Part shown: positions 18,002-26,668 of the stretch, in pieces | Layout of the letters: each line of letters starts with the position of its first letter | Numbering within the stretch: the first letter of the stretch is position 1 | Assembly: GCF_000010625.1 (NCBI RefSeq) | Contig: NC_010296.1 | Span: 5,460,001-5,492,000 of the forward strand | DNA length: 32,000 nucleotides | Reading direction: 5' to 3' | From: Microcystis aeruginosa NIES-843 | Lineage (GTDB): Bacteria; Cyanobacteriota; Cyanobacteriia; Cyanobacteriales; Microcystaceae | Notes under the pieces: generated by a model | Seen by the model: only the letters and a program-made list of their open reading frames with translations | The model's database searches: none | What the model was told of the DNA's origin: nothing | Translations under genes and position numbers: made by a program

Positions 18002-18847
18002 TTAGATGGGGTAAATGCCCTCAAAAACAGCTTTAGCAGGACCTGTCATGTAAACCCGGTTATCGGTTTGGGACCAGTGAATCTGAAGACAACCACCGGG
18101 CAGTTCCACGGTACAACGGCGATCGCATTTGCCCGTCAACAGGGCTGCCACCACCACAGCACAAGCACCAGTGCCGCAAGCGAGAGTAATTCCCGCTCCT
18201 CTTTCCCAGACACGCATCTTCATATAATCCGGCGCGATTACTTCTACGAACTCCACATTAGTCCGTTGGGGAAAAACCGGATGATGCTCAAATTTTGGCC
18301 CGATAGTTTCCAGGGGAATAGAGGCCAGATCACCCACAAAAGTGACACAGTGGGGATTACCCATACTAACGCAAGTAACTAACCAATCTTTGCCCTCCAC
18401 CTCTAGGGGAACCGCGAGGACTTTTTCAGACCCCTTGACTAAAGTGGTGGGGATTTCACTGCCTAGGAGTTGCGGCGGTCCCATATCAACCGTTACCTGT
18501 TCATTGGCTTCTAAACGGGGAATTATCGTTCCTGCTAGAGTATGAATGCGATAGGTGCGGCCAATGGCGTTGTTAGCCTCTAAACGGGCGATAAATTGGG
18601 CTAGACAGCGAATACCGTTACCACACATTTCCGGTTCCGAACCATCAGAGTTGAAAATTCTCATGGTGTAGTCGGTTTCCGCTTGGCCGGGAAGCGCAAA
18701 AATCACGCCATCGGCGCCGATGCCAAAATGTCGATCGCACATAGCCACGGCCATTTCCGCTGTGATCAGGGGTTCGGGACTGTGACGGTTATCTATCAAA
18801 ATAAAATCATTGCCTAGGCCTTGATATTTGGTAAAGGGGATTTTCAT
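18002..18847 (-). CDS. dapF: Diaminopimelate epimerase
   Basis: [21 protein letters not shown], the catalytic CGNG and the second Cys in ACGTGACA are present. The start is set at MKIPF (18847). The 20-codon extension in the ORF track overlaps the hfq start region. Confidence 0.92.
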   Translation of the reverse strand: MKIPFTKYQGLGNDFILIDNRHSPEPLITAEMAVAMCDRHFGIGADGVIFALPGQAETDYTMRIFNSDGSEPEMCGNGIRCLAQFIARLEANNAIGRTYRIHTLAGTIIPRLEANEQVTVDMGPPQLLGSEIPTTLVKGSEKVLAVPLEVEGKDWLVTCVSMGNPHCVTFVGDLASIPLETIGPKFEHHPVFPQRTNVEFVEVIAPDYMKMRVWERGAGITLACGTGACAVVVAALLTGKCDRRCTVELPGGCLQIHWSQTDNRVYMTGPAKAVFEGIYPI

Positions 18848-18908
18848 GGTCAATAAAAGCTGCTCAACAGGAATAATAGAGGATGAACACCTCATCGATA
18901 AACTCATT

Positions 18909-19121
18909 ATGTCTCAATTTGATCCTGGTCTGCCGAGTATTAAACAAGTACAGAGCTATATTCAAGAGAAACGGGAAGTAGAAATTAAGTTAAGCACCGA
19001 TGATCTCCTCGTTGGTCGCATCCTTTGGCAAGATGTTAACTGTCTATACCTAGTCGATCACTACGATAAACCCACTTTAATTTGGCAACAGTCTCTGGTT
19101 TATTTAAGACCTAAAGCCTAG
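18909..19121 (+). CDS. hfq: Cyanobacterial-type Hfq (70 aa)
   Basis: [50 protein letters not shown]....[16 protein letters not shown] aligns along its full length with the Synechocystis and Anabaena Hfq proteins as I remember them (FD.GLPS.RQ.Q..I......EIKL.TGD...G...WQD). The divergent dapF neighbour is the usual cyanobacterial context. The start is set at the ATG at 18909, not 18828. Confidence 0.85.
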   Translation: MSQFDPGLPSIKQVQSYIQEKREVEIKLSTDDLLVGRILWQDVNCLYLVDHYDKPTLIWQQSLVYLRPKA

Positions 19122-19481
19122 GGGGAAATTGGCGATATTTGGCTGTGGGATGCGTCCCGGACGCATCAAAAATTCAGTAGCAAGCAGATAGCTTTTGAGC
19201 AAATGTAAGGTCAGTTGGGGTTAAGGAGATTTGGCCATGAATTTTAGCAAATAATCAGGTGGGATGGCGAGGATAGCATCAGAATTTCAGTTGATCGAAA
19301 ATTTGGGTCAAATTGCCAAATAAAGAAAGTCAGAGAGTCCAGCCGAGCGATCGCCATTCAACTTCAGATATAGATTGCCGCTCAGAGGAAAAAGAATCAG
19401 CAGATTGTCTGCTAACAATTTGGGACACTGCTGTACATAACCTGTTATACTCTTGGGCAAAACGACTCCACCGCCATTGTT

Positions 19482-20654
19482 ATGCTGGAAAATCAGGTCA
19501 GGGCAGATGCCGCCTCTAATGAGCAGATACCTACTCTAGAATTATCGATCATCATGCCCTGTCTCAACGAGGCGGAAACCCTGGCCACCTGTATCGGCAA
19601 AGCACGAGATTATCTGGAACAACACAAAATTGCGGGAGAGGTGCTAATCGCCGATAATGGCAGTAGCGACGGTTCCCAAGAAATTGCCACTAATTCAGGG
19701 GCGCGGGTGGTTCCTATCCCAGAAAGGGGTTATGGTAGCGCCCTGCGGGGAGGTATCGCCGCCGCCAAAGGTCAATACATTATTATGGGGGATGCCGATG
19801 ATAGCTATGACTTTACCAATCTCTCGCCTTTCCTAGAAAAATTGCGACAGGGTTATGATTTGGTGATGGGCAATCGTTTTCAGGGCGGAATTAAACCAGG
19901 GGCGATGCCAGTATTGCATAAGTATCTGGGCAATCCTGTCTTGACTTGGTTAGGACGGTTATTTTTTGGTAGTCCCTGTGGTGATTTTCACTGTGGATTG
20001 CGCGGGTTTAGTAAACAGGCAATCGAACAATTGAACCTACGCACCACTGGCATGGAATTCGCCAGCGAGATGGTGGTGAAAGCATCCCTCTACGGCCTGA
20101 AAATTACCGAAGTACCAACCACTTTATCCCCTGACGGTCGCAGTCGTCCCCCCCACCTAAAAACTTGGCGCGATGGCTGGCGACATCTCCGATTTCTGTT
20201 AATGTATAGTCCTCGCTGGTTGTTTCTCTACCCCGGATTGGCTTTAATGTTTCTCGGATTAATAGCCACGATTTGGTTTATGACCCAACCCAGAGTTCAC
20301 ACCCTTCTCTATTCAGCCACAGCTTTGATTATTGGCTTTCAAATTGTCAGTTTTGCCATCTTCACAAAAGCTTTTGCCATCAGCGAGGGTTTATTACCGG
20401 AAGACCGAAAATTAAGACGATTTTTGCGTTATATTAATCTGGAGGTGGGATTGATCATTGGCGTAATTTTATTGGTACTAGGTATGGGCGGTTCACTGTA
20501 TGCTTTATACATTTGGAATGCTCGACTTTATGGAGCCTTAGATCCAGCCGTGACCATGCGGATTGTCATTCCTTCCGTAACCGCTCTAGCGTTGGGAGTA
20601 CAGGTGGTTTTTTCCAGTTTCTTTTTAAGTGTTTTGCAACTGAAGAGAAAATAA
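19482..20654 (+). CDS. Family-2 glycosyltransferase with about four C-terminal TM helices (polyprenyl-phosphate sugar synthase type, GtrB/ArnC/DPM1-like)
   Basis: The GT-A core is LSIIMPCLNEAETL...LIADNGSSDGS...MGDADDSYD. The C-terminal hydrophobic segments are WLFLYPGLALMFLGLIATIWF, ALIIGFQIVSFAIF, LIIGVILLVLGMGGSLYALYIW and VIPSVTALALGVQVVFSSFFLSVL. Confidence 0.85.
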   Translation: MLENQVRADAASNEQIPTLELSIIMPCLNEAETLATCIGKARDYLEQHKIAGEVLIADNGSSDGSQEIATNSGARVVPIPERGYGSALRGGIAAAKGQYIIMGDADDSYDFTNLSPFLEKLRQGYDLVMGNRFQGGIKPGAMPVLHKYLGNPVLTWLGRLFFGSPCGDFHCGLRGFSKQAIEQLNLRTTGMEFASEMVVKASLYGLKITEVPTTLSPDGRSRPPHLKTWRDGWRHLRFLLMYSPRWLFLYPGLALMFLGLIATIWFMTQPRVHTLLYSATALIIGFQIVSFAIFTKAFAISEGLLPEDRKLRRFLRYINLEVGLIIGVILLVLGMGGSLYALYIWNARLYGALDPAVTMRIVIPSVTALALGVQVVFSSFFLSVLQLKRK

Positions 20655-20713
20655 TTAACCTACCCGGAATTATACCTAGTTGTCTCTCACTTCTCTAGCC
20701 GCTCAGAAAACTT

Positions 20714-21331
20714 ATGAACAGGAAAATCAATCCTTTTAATCAGGATACCAAAAATCAGTCCTACTCGGAACGATTGCTGAATAAACAGACGGCAAAATGG
20801 AAAGAAATATTGGATGTTCAAGCTCCTTACCGTTGGAATCTTCAGAGGCTAAATTTAGGTTTTACTCTCGATATTGGTTGTGGAATAGGCCGTAATCTGA
20901 TGAATCTGAAAGGAAATGGAATTGGTATTGACCACAATTTTCACTCAGTTGAAGTCTGCCGGGCTAGGGGCTTCATGGCTTTCACACCGGAGGAATTTCA
21001 ACAGTCATCATTTGATGAACCAGAAAAATTTGATTCTATTTTATTAGCCCACGTCGCAGAACACATGAGTTATTTAGAGGTAATTAATTTACTTAATGAC
21101 TATGTTTATTTGTTAAAAAATCATGGCAAATTAGTTATAATAACTCCTCAAGAAGCTGGTTTCAAGAGTGATGCAACCCATGTAGAATTTATGAATTTTG
21201 CTAAATTGAAAGCAATTGCTAGAGAACTTGATTCCAAAATTATTAAACAATACTCTTTCCCTTTTCCACGGATAGTGGGCAAATTATTTAAGTATAATGA
21301 ATTTGTCTCTTTAAGTCAAAAAGAGAAATAA
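20714..21331 (+). CDS. Class I SAM-dependent methyltransferase (205 aa)
   Basis: Motif I is LDIGCGIGRNL, and the post-I and motif II layout (ILLAHVAEHM) is present. Confidence 0.75.
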   Translation: MNRKINPFNQDTKNQSYSERLLNKQTAKWKEILDVQAPYRWNLQRLNLGFTLDIGCGIGRNLMNLKGNGIGIDHNFHSVEVCRARGFMAFTPEEFQQSSFDEPEKFDSILLAHVAEHMSYLEVINLLNDYVYLLKNHGKLVIITPQEAGFKSDATHVEFMNFAKLKAIARELDSKIIKQYSFPFPRIVGKLFKYNEFVSLSQKEK

Positions 21332-21350
21332 AATTACCAGAGCAAAGAAT

Positions 21351-22367
21351 ATGAGTAAACCTTGGCTGTCAGTTTTAATTCCCACTTACAATGGGGAAAA
21401 ATATTTAGTAAAAGCCCTAAACTCTATTGCTATTCAAGATGATTTTGATATAGAGTGTCTGGCTATTGATGATGGTTCAACAGATGAAACCTTGGCAATA
21501 CTCCAGTATTTTCAAACCAAAATTCCCCTAAAAATTGTTCAAAGGGAACCGCAAAAAAACTGGGTAGCTAATACTAATTATCTACTCAATATGGCCCGAG
21601 CCGATTATGTCTGTTTTTTACATCAAGATGATATGTGGCTAACCTGGAGATTGATGATTTTAAAAAAGCTAACCATTCAATTTCCCGAGGCCAATTTAAT
21701 TCTTAATCCTTCTATATTTGTCAATATACAAGGGCAAAAATTAGGACTATGGCGATGTCCTCTACCTTCTTATCCAATAATGATTAGTTCGGAGCAGATG
21801 ATTAGTAAATTGTTAGTGCAGAATTTTATCTCTATTCCCGCACCAATCTTTAAGAGAGAGATGGCTTTAAAAGTAGGTGGTTTGGATGAAAAACTATGGT
21901 ACACGGCTGATTGGGATTTTTGGCTAAAATTAGCTCAAGATGGACAGATAATATACTATCCCAAGCCCTTATCGGTCTTTCGCATTCATTCTCATTCCCA
22001 AACCGTTACTCGTAGCTCTTATATCCAAGATTTTCGACAACAGTTAGAATCTGTTATAGATGAGCATCTAGAAGCATGGAATACTTCTAGTCAAACCAAG
22101 AGTAAAATTAGAAAAATTGCTAACTTCTCCATTGCTCATTGGCGTAATTTTATTTTTACTAGATATAGGCGGTTCAGTGTATGCTTTATACACTTGGAAT
22201 GCTCGACTTTATGGAGCCTTATGTCCAGCCGTAGCCATGGGAATTGTCATTCCTTTCGTACCCGCTTTAGCCTTGGCAGTACGGGTGATTTTTTCCAGTT
22301 TCTTTTTAAGTGTTTTGGGACTAAAACAAAGATGAAAACAGCCGAAGATAAACTTATAGGGGGTTAA
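21351..22367 (+). CDS. Family-2 glycosyltransferase (soluble type), paralog of 23033-23998; the last ~78 codons are an out-of-frame read of a duplicated GT2 3' fragment
   Basis: WLSVLIPTYNGEKYL...AIDDGSTDET...FLHQDDMW...YTADWDFWLK. Colinearity with the paralog stops at ANFSIA (about 22131). After that, the DNA matches 20450-20654 in another frame. Confidence 0.75.
   Translation: MSKPWLSVLIPTYNGEKYLVKALNSIAIQDDFDIECLAIDDGSTDETLAILQYFQTKIPLKIVQREPQKNWVANTNYLLNMARADYVCFLHQDDMWLTWRLMILKKLTIQFPEANLILNPSIFVNIQGQKLGLWRCPLPSYPIMISSEQMISKLLVQNFISIPAPIFKREMALKVGGLDEKLWYTADWDFWLKLAQDGQIIYYPKPLSVFRIHSHSQTVTRSSYIQDFRQQLESVIDEHLEAWNTSSQTKSKIRKIANFSIAHWRNFIFTRYRRFSVCFIHLECSTLWSLMSSRSHGNCHSFRTRFSLGSTGDFFQFLFKCFGTKTKMKTAEDKLIGG
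22117..22335 (+). pseudogene. Remnant of the 3' end (last ~70 codons, two TM helices) of a second copy of the membrane-anchored GT2 gene
   Basis: LLIGVILFLLDIGGSVYALYTWNARLYGALCPAVAMGIVIPFVPALALAVRVIFSSFFLSVLGLKQR compares with LIIGVILLVLGMGGSLYALYIWNARLYGALDPAVTMRIVIPSVTALALGVQVVFSSFFLSVLQLKRK at the end of 19482-20654. By eye, DNA identity is roughly 85% over about 205 bp. Confidence 0.8.
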
Positions 22368-22376
22368 CTAATTTTT

Positions 22377-23009
22377 ATGCCGATAGGAACATTTGTTCGG
22401 AACTTGTTAGGTCCTTGGGAAAAACCAATTTCTGATATTTATCGAAACATTTTTATTGATCTAGCTGATTTAACTCATCAAATCCATAAATGGGTTAATC
22501 CTGAGATAATTCTAGAGTTAGGCTGTGGGGAAGGTGCTTTAACTGAACTTTTAGCGAGTGCCTATCCTAGTTCACATATTATAGGAATCGATATTACTCC
22601 TAGAGTAGGACGGATGTTTCAAGGAAATCTCGATCATGTTCGGTTTGAACAAAAATCAATTCAAGAATTCGTTGCAGAAACCCCCCAAAGTGTCGATTTA
22701 GTCGTCATTAGTGATGTTATGCACCATGTTCCTTGGTCAATGCATGAAGAATTCTTAACTTACGCTGGTAAATCCGTAAAACCTAACGGATATATTATTC
22801 TCAAGGATTGGTGTAAAAATAATTCACCGATCCATTATTTATGCTATCTATTTGAGCGGTATATTACTGGTGATAAGGTCAAGTATAAAACTACCAAACA
22901 ATTTCGAGATATGATATATAAACTCTTTGGTAAACAATCGATTCTCCTTGAGTCTACCGTTCGTCCTTGGAAAAACAATATTGTTTTTCTAATTAAAATT
23001 TCTTCATAA
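22377..23009 (+). CDS. Class I SAM-dependent methyltransferase (210 aa), not obviously paralogous to 20714-21331
   Basis: Motif I is ILELGCGEGALTELL, followed by IIGIDI and LVVISDVMHHV. Confidence 0.75.
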   Translation: MPIGTFVRNLLGPWEKPISDIYRNIFIDLADLTHQIHKWVNPEIILELGCGEGALTELLASAYPSSHIIGIDITPRVGRMFQGNLDHVRFEQKSIQEFVAETPQSVDLVVISDVMHHVPWSMHEEFLTYAGKSVKPNGYIILKDWCKNNSPIHYLCYLFERYITGDKVKYKTTKQFRDMIYKLFGKQSILLESTVRPWKNNIVFLIKISS

Positions 23010-23032
23010 TAGTGTTATTTCAAAAAGTCTTT

Positions 23033-23998
23033 ATGAATGATCATCTGTGGTTGTCCGTATTAATTCCCACTTATAATGGAGATAAGTATCTAAAGGATAC
23101 TCTCGATTCAATCCTTGAACAAAATGAGAGAAACGTCGAGTATATTATCATTGATGATGGCTCTACTGATCGAACTTTATCTATTATCAAAAATTACGAG
23201 GATAAAATTCCTATCAAGCTTTTCGAGCGTAAAAGGATAGGCAATTGGGTTGCTAACACTAACTTCGCTTTACAGAATGCCTCGGGAGACTATGTATGTT
23301 TATTACATCAAGATGACTTATGGTTGAACAATCGTTTAAAAATAATCAAGGAAATCCTTAATGATTATCCAGATACCGACTTACTTTTACACCCTTCAAT
23401 CTTTATCGATGACCGAGGGAAAAAGTTAGGTTTATGGACTTGTCCTTTACCAGCTTTTCCAAAATATGTTAACAGAGATATTTTAATCGAGAGGCTGTTG
23501 ATTCAAAATTTTATCTCCATTCCTGCTCCAATTTTTAAAAGAGAAATTGCTTTACAGGTGGGGGGAATGAACGAAAAACTTTGGTATACAGCCGACTGGG
23601 ATCTCTGGTTAAAAATCGCTTTTCATGAACGAGATGAAAAAATCATTTATTATCCTTATCCCTTGAGTGCATTTCGCATTCATTCAAGCTCTCAAACCGT
23701 TGTCAGAAGCTCCAAAACTGGAGAGTTCTATAATCAATTGAATGTGGTTGCTCACGACTATCTAGATAGATGGGAGGTGTCAACCTACAGAAAAAAAAGA
23801 ATTCGATCACTTGCTGAATTCTCAATACAAGTGAATACTATTTTAGCGAGGATGGCGCACGGTGAACGTTCTCGATTAGAGTTAATTAAGTTACTCCTAT
23901 CGAGTTTTTCGCTTGGTTTTTTAGGAGTTTACAAATACTTACGATATTCGCGCATCCAAGAACGCATAATTGCTAGACTAAAAGCTAATATAATTTAG
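23033..23998 (+). CDS. Family-2 glycosyltransferase (soluble type)
   Basis: MNDHLWLSVLIPTYNGDKYL...IIDDGSTDRT...LLHQDDLW...YTADWDLWLK. The start is set at the ATG at 23033, which aligns with the paralog's MSKPWLSVLIPTYNG. The ORF track starts at a GTG at 23012. Confidence 0.85.
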   Translation: MNDHLWLSVLIPTYNGDKYLKDTLDSILEQNERNVEYIIIDDGSTDRTLSIIKNYEDKIPIKLFERKRIGNWVANTNFALQNASGDYVCLLHQDDLWLNNRLKIIKEILNDYPDTDLLLHPSIFIDDRGKKLGLWTCPLPAFPKYVNRDILIERLLIQNFISIPAPIFKREIALQVGGMNEKLWYTADWDLWLKIAFHERDEKIIYYPYPLSAFRIHSSSQTVVRSSKTGEFYNQLNVVAHDYLDRWEVSTYRKKRIRSLAEFSIQVNTILARMAHGERSRLELIKLLLSSFSLGFLGVYKYLRYSRIQERIIARLKANII

Positions 23999-24015
23999 TA
24001 ACGATTAGGTTTGAC

Positions 24016-24426
24016 ATGAAATTTATCGCAGTTAATCGTTTATTCAGAAGCTCATTTTTTAGGTTTTGCCTTGTGGGTGTCTTTTGTGCATTCCAAAATA
24101 TACTAATTCTATACCTTCTGACCAATTACCTAAAATTGCATTACGTTCTCTCGATTTTCGTGCAAATGTTCTATGTAAATACATTGGGATTCTATCTGAA
24201 TCGAAAATATACATTTACAGGACGAATAAAAATTGGAAGTATTTTGGGAGAATTAATCAAGTATCATGGGATCATGCTTTCTAGTTCTTTTGCGGTCGCT
24301 ATCGCTATGTATTTCTTGGTTGATTTATTCAAAGTATGGTACTTGTCCGCTTACATAATCCTTACTATACTAATGACTATTTATAATTTTCTTGCCCATA
24401 AAAAATGGACTTTTACTCGAAAATAG
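24016..24426 (+). CDS. GtrA-like small 4-TM protein (putative polyprenyl-phosphate-sugar translocation component)
   Basis: 136 aa. FFRFCLVGVFCAFQNILILYLL...GFYLNRKYTF...NFLAHKKWTF is the GtrA-family pattern, with two (N)RxxTF-type motifs. Confidence 0.75.
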   Translation: MKFIAVNRLFRSSFFRFCLVGVFCAFQNILILYLLTNYLKLHYVLSIFVQMFYVNTLGFYLNRKYTFTGRIKIGSILGELIKYHGIMLSSSFAVAIAMYFLVDLFKVWYLSAYIILTILMTIYNFLAHKKWTFTRK

Positions 24427-24553
24427 TGGTCTTTACGGCGGATTCAGGCTTAGTCTGGTACATCTTCTAAGTGGAAAGGCTTATCCAATAAGGAGTTGTC
24501 TGTGTCAGATGGATAGAGGAACCGCCGTAACATTTGTTTTTGGTTACTCGATG

Positions 24554-24596
24554 AGAACATCTTCCAACAGACGCATAATCGCACGACGTAAGGGAC
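24554..24596 (-). repeat. 43-bp exact copy of an internal clpC segment (identical to 26796-26838), in an intergenic position
   Basis: AGAACATCTTCCAACAGACGCATAATCGCACGACGTAAGGGAC occurs at both sites. On the minus strand it encodes [14 protein letters not shown]. Degenerate similarity extends to about 24608. The flanks are unrelated. Confidence 0.95.
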
Positions 24597-24623
24597 AAGC
24601 AAGGTATTAAGTCTCCATCACTA

Positions 24624-26177
24624 CTACCCAATCACTAGGAAAAGTAGAGTGCTGATCAAAGCTGTGATCAAGAGGAATCCCCAAATTGTCCAGAGCAATC
24701 CTTGCGCTTTGTTGGATTTAAGAGGCCAGAAATACACCCTACTGGCGAGAGCCGACTTACTGTACTTTCTACCGGCGAGATCAGACTTACTGTACTTTTC
24801 CTCAGTTAAGCAACTTTGGGATCGAGAAAGACCAATTAAGCAACTAACACTGTCGATACGTTCAGCTAAACGAAAACTCAAAAAACTTTTTGGTTCTGCA
24901 AAGATGACCACACCACTGTTTACACTAGGGTCAAAGACAAGAGAAGCAAATTGAACCAAAATAGAAAGAACAACCAAGCTGCTAATTAACCATCGTTTGA
25001 GTCGATTAATCGATAACATCTCTAAGATTAGCAAAGCTATTAAGGGAACAAGCAGTAGGTGAACTGAGGTAACGTGATAACGAGCAGCCCAAGAACCATC
25101 TCCATGCCAGAAATCCAGTTTGCTGGTTAAGATAATATGAAAGACAAGTGCAAAAATTGAGGAAATAAAATATATTCGTATATAAGGTGTTAATTTGTTA
25201 AATAAAATAATCCCCAATACTAAACACGGTAAAAGAAACGGGTCGTAAATAAATATACTTTTAGCTGGTGAGAAGAGAACGCCGAGAATACCAACGTAGG
25301 GAGGGTGTATGAAAGGATAATTAGGGGGCAATTCTGGCAACCCTGAAAAGATTGCTCCATTGCGTATTTGCTCAATGCTTAAGGATGCTGCCGTTGTCCA
25401 AAAATCCCCAAAGCGTAAGTAATTAAATAATCTACTGACAAAAAGGAAAGGAAATAAGCCGACGTTCCAGAGTATGGCTGTCTTAAAGATTTGATTCAGC
25501 TTGAAATTTTTATAAATTAGACAGCTAATTAGAAAACCAAAAACTGTGAGAGCATAAATGATAGTTGTCGAGCGAATTATAATAGCCGCTCCGATTGCCA
25601 ATCCACTCAAAAAAACATAAGTTACTTTGTTAGTTTTAATATAAGCCAAAGCACAAGCATAACCTAAAATCACACAAAGTAGGACTGGATTATTTTGTTG
25701 AAAAGTTTGTGCATAGTGGAGAACGGTAGTACCTAGCAACCAAATCAAGCTGGCAGATGCCGCAATTTTCTCCTGAAAATCAAATAGTCTAAGTAACCAA
25801 TAACAAGAGAGAACAACTAATACATTTAGAGGGATAACTACAAGAAAACTAACCGCAAATTCTCGTAATAAATAAGGCTTAATACTAGGAAAAACTTTAG
25901 AGAGTTGAGTGCCAATCCAATCTGCGGGCAACATTAATAAGGATTGTCCTATATCATAAGCTTCATATCGTTTTCCATCTACTCCTAAAACACCAACATG
26001 GTCTAATCGAGAGGAAGGACGATAATTTGGGGGTAAAGAAACTTCCTCAGTTCCTGTCCACAGGGCATGGGCCATTTTTAGCCTAACATCGGTATCTGGA
26101 GGTACGTTGGCAGGATTGATTATTGTTATCCAGAGTAGGGCAATAAGAGCTAATTTTGTGACTGTTTTCATGATCAT
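24624..26177 (-). CDS. Polytopic membrane protein, candidate GT-C-fold (ArnT/PMT-like) glycosyltransferase
   Basis: 517 aa with more than 10 hydrophobic segments. An acidic motif (YEAYDIG) sits in the first extracytoplasmic loop. It is clustered with GtrA-like and GtrB-like genes. The fold assignment is inference. Confidence 0.55.
   Translation of the reverse strand: MIMKTVTKLALIALLWITIINPANVPPDTDVRLKMAHALWTGTEEVSLPPNYRPSSRLDHVGVLGVDGKRYEAYDIGQSLLMLPADWIGTQLSKVFPSIKPYLLREFAVSFLVVIPLNVLVVLSCYWLLRLFDFQEKIAASASLIWLLGTTVLHYAQTFQQNNPVLLCVILGYACALAYIKTNKVTYVFLSGLAIGAAIIIRSTTIIYALTVFGFLISCLIYKNFKLNQIFKTAILWNVGLFPFLFVSRLFNYLRFGDFWTTAASLSIEQIRNGAIFSGLPELPPNYPFIHPPYVGILGVLFSPAKSIFIYDPFLLPCLVLGIILFNKLTPYIRIYFISSIFALVFHIILTSKLDFWHGDGSWAARYHVTSVHLLLVPLIALLILEMLSINRLKRWLISSLVVLSILVQFASLVFDPSVNSGVVIFAEPKSFLSFRLAERIDSVSCLIGLSRSQSCLTEEKYSKSDLAGRKYSKSALASRVYFWPLKSNKAQGLLWTIWGFLLITALISTLLFLVIG
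24744..24803 (-). repeat. 30-bp imperfect tandem duplication inside the GT-C-like gene
   Basis: GGCGAGAGCCGACTTACTGTACTTTCTACC and GGCGAGATCAGACTTACTGTACTTTTCCTC match at 24 of 30 positions. They encode KYSKSDLAGR and KYSKSALASR. Confidence 0.8.
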
Positions 26178-26293
26178 CTATTCTTAGAAGCTGTTTGAAA
26201 AGTTATAGGGCGTTGCTGATTTTAAGTATCAATTGTCCTCTCGGCAATTTTTAAAACCTAGCACTAAGGTAACTTGTGGATAGGAGGCACAAT

Positions 26294-26593
26294 TTAGTAT
26301 TCATGTCTTGATTCAGCGATCCCGCTTTTTACTATCTTCTGATCTGCCGCTTCTAGGCTGGCAATTGCGGTTTCTGCCGTCAAAATGTCAGGAATATCAC
26401 TTAAACTAGCAGTTTGATCAACCTGTTCATTTCCAGCAAATAAATTGCTCATATCTTGAGAATAATTAGAAGCGATCGATAGCAAAGCTCCGGCAAAAAT
26501 ATAAAGAGGTAAAGGCAAAATAAACCCCTTGGCCCATTGATAAAACTCCACCAACAAAAATAACAAAACACAACCCACAACCCAGACTTTCAT
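26294..26593 (-). CDS. Small hypothetical membrane protein (99 aa, two predicted TM helices)
   Basis: Hydrophobic segments VWVVGCVLLFLLVEFY and ILPLPLYIFAGALLSIA are present. It lies downstream of the clpC terminator. No family was recognised. Confidence 0.45.
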   Translation of the reverse strand: MKVWVVGCVLLFLLVEFYQWAKGFILPLPLYIFAGALLSIASNYSQDMSNLFAGNEQVDQTASLSDIPDILTAETAIASLEAADQKIVKSGIAESRHEY

Positions 26594-26613
26594 CGCACTT
26601 TTTCCCTATTTTT

Positions 26614-26641
26614 ACGAGAAAAGGTGAGCAAAAAGCCCACC
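26614..26641 (-). terminator. Rho-independent terminator of clpC
   Basis: The minus-strand RNA is GGUGGGC-UUUUU-GCUCACC followed by UUUUCU. The 7-bp stem includes one G-U pair. It lies 28 nt after the clpC stop. Confidence 0.75.
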
Positions 26642-26668
26642 CTGTATTTAACTAATTCCAGTGAGAAT

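Noticed and set aside
18068-18545. ORFs 18068-18382 and 18342-18545 (+)
   Set aside because: They are antisense to dapF, whose own frame carries all the catalytic motifs.
19313-19519. 68-aa ORF between hfq and the GT2 gene
   Set aside because: It overlaps the GT2 start and contains a HIP1 site. It has no RBS and no recognisable features.
20513-20698. 61-aa ORF (MECSTLWSLRSS...)
   Set aside because: It is an alternate frame of the GT2 C-terminus. It is notable only because the same alternate frame is the one read through at 22131-22367.
24392-24610. 72-aa ORF and an internal 33-aa ORF ([33 protein letters not shown]) overlapping the clpC fragment
   Set aside because: The sequence is simply the antisense of the clpC fragment; the same antisense peptide appears at 26661-26849. 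The spacing to AAGGAG is too long at 13 nt. I kept only the DNA-level repeat as a finding.
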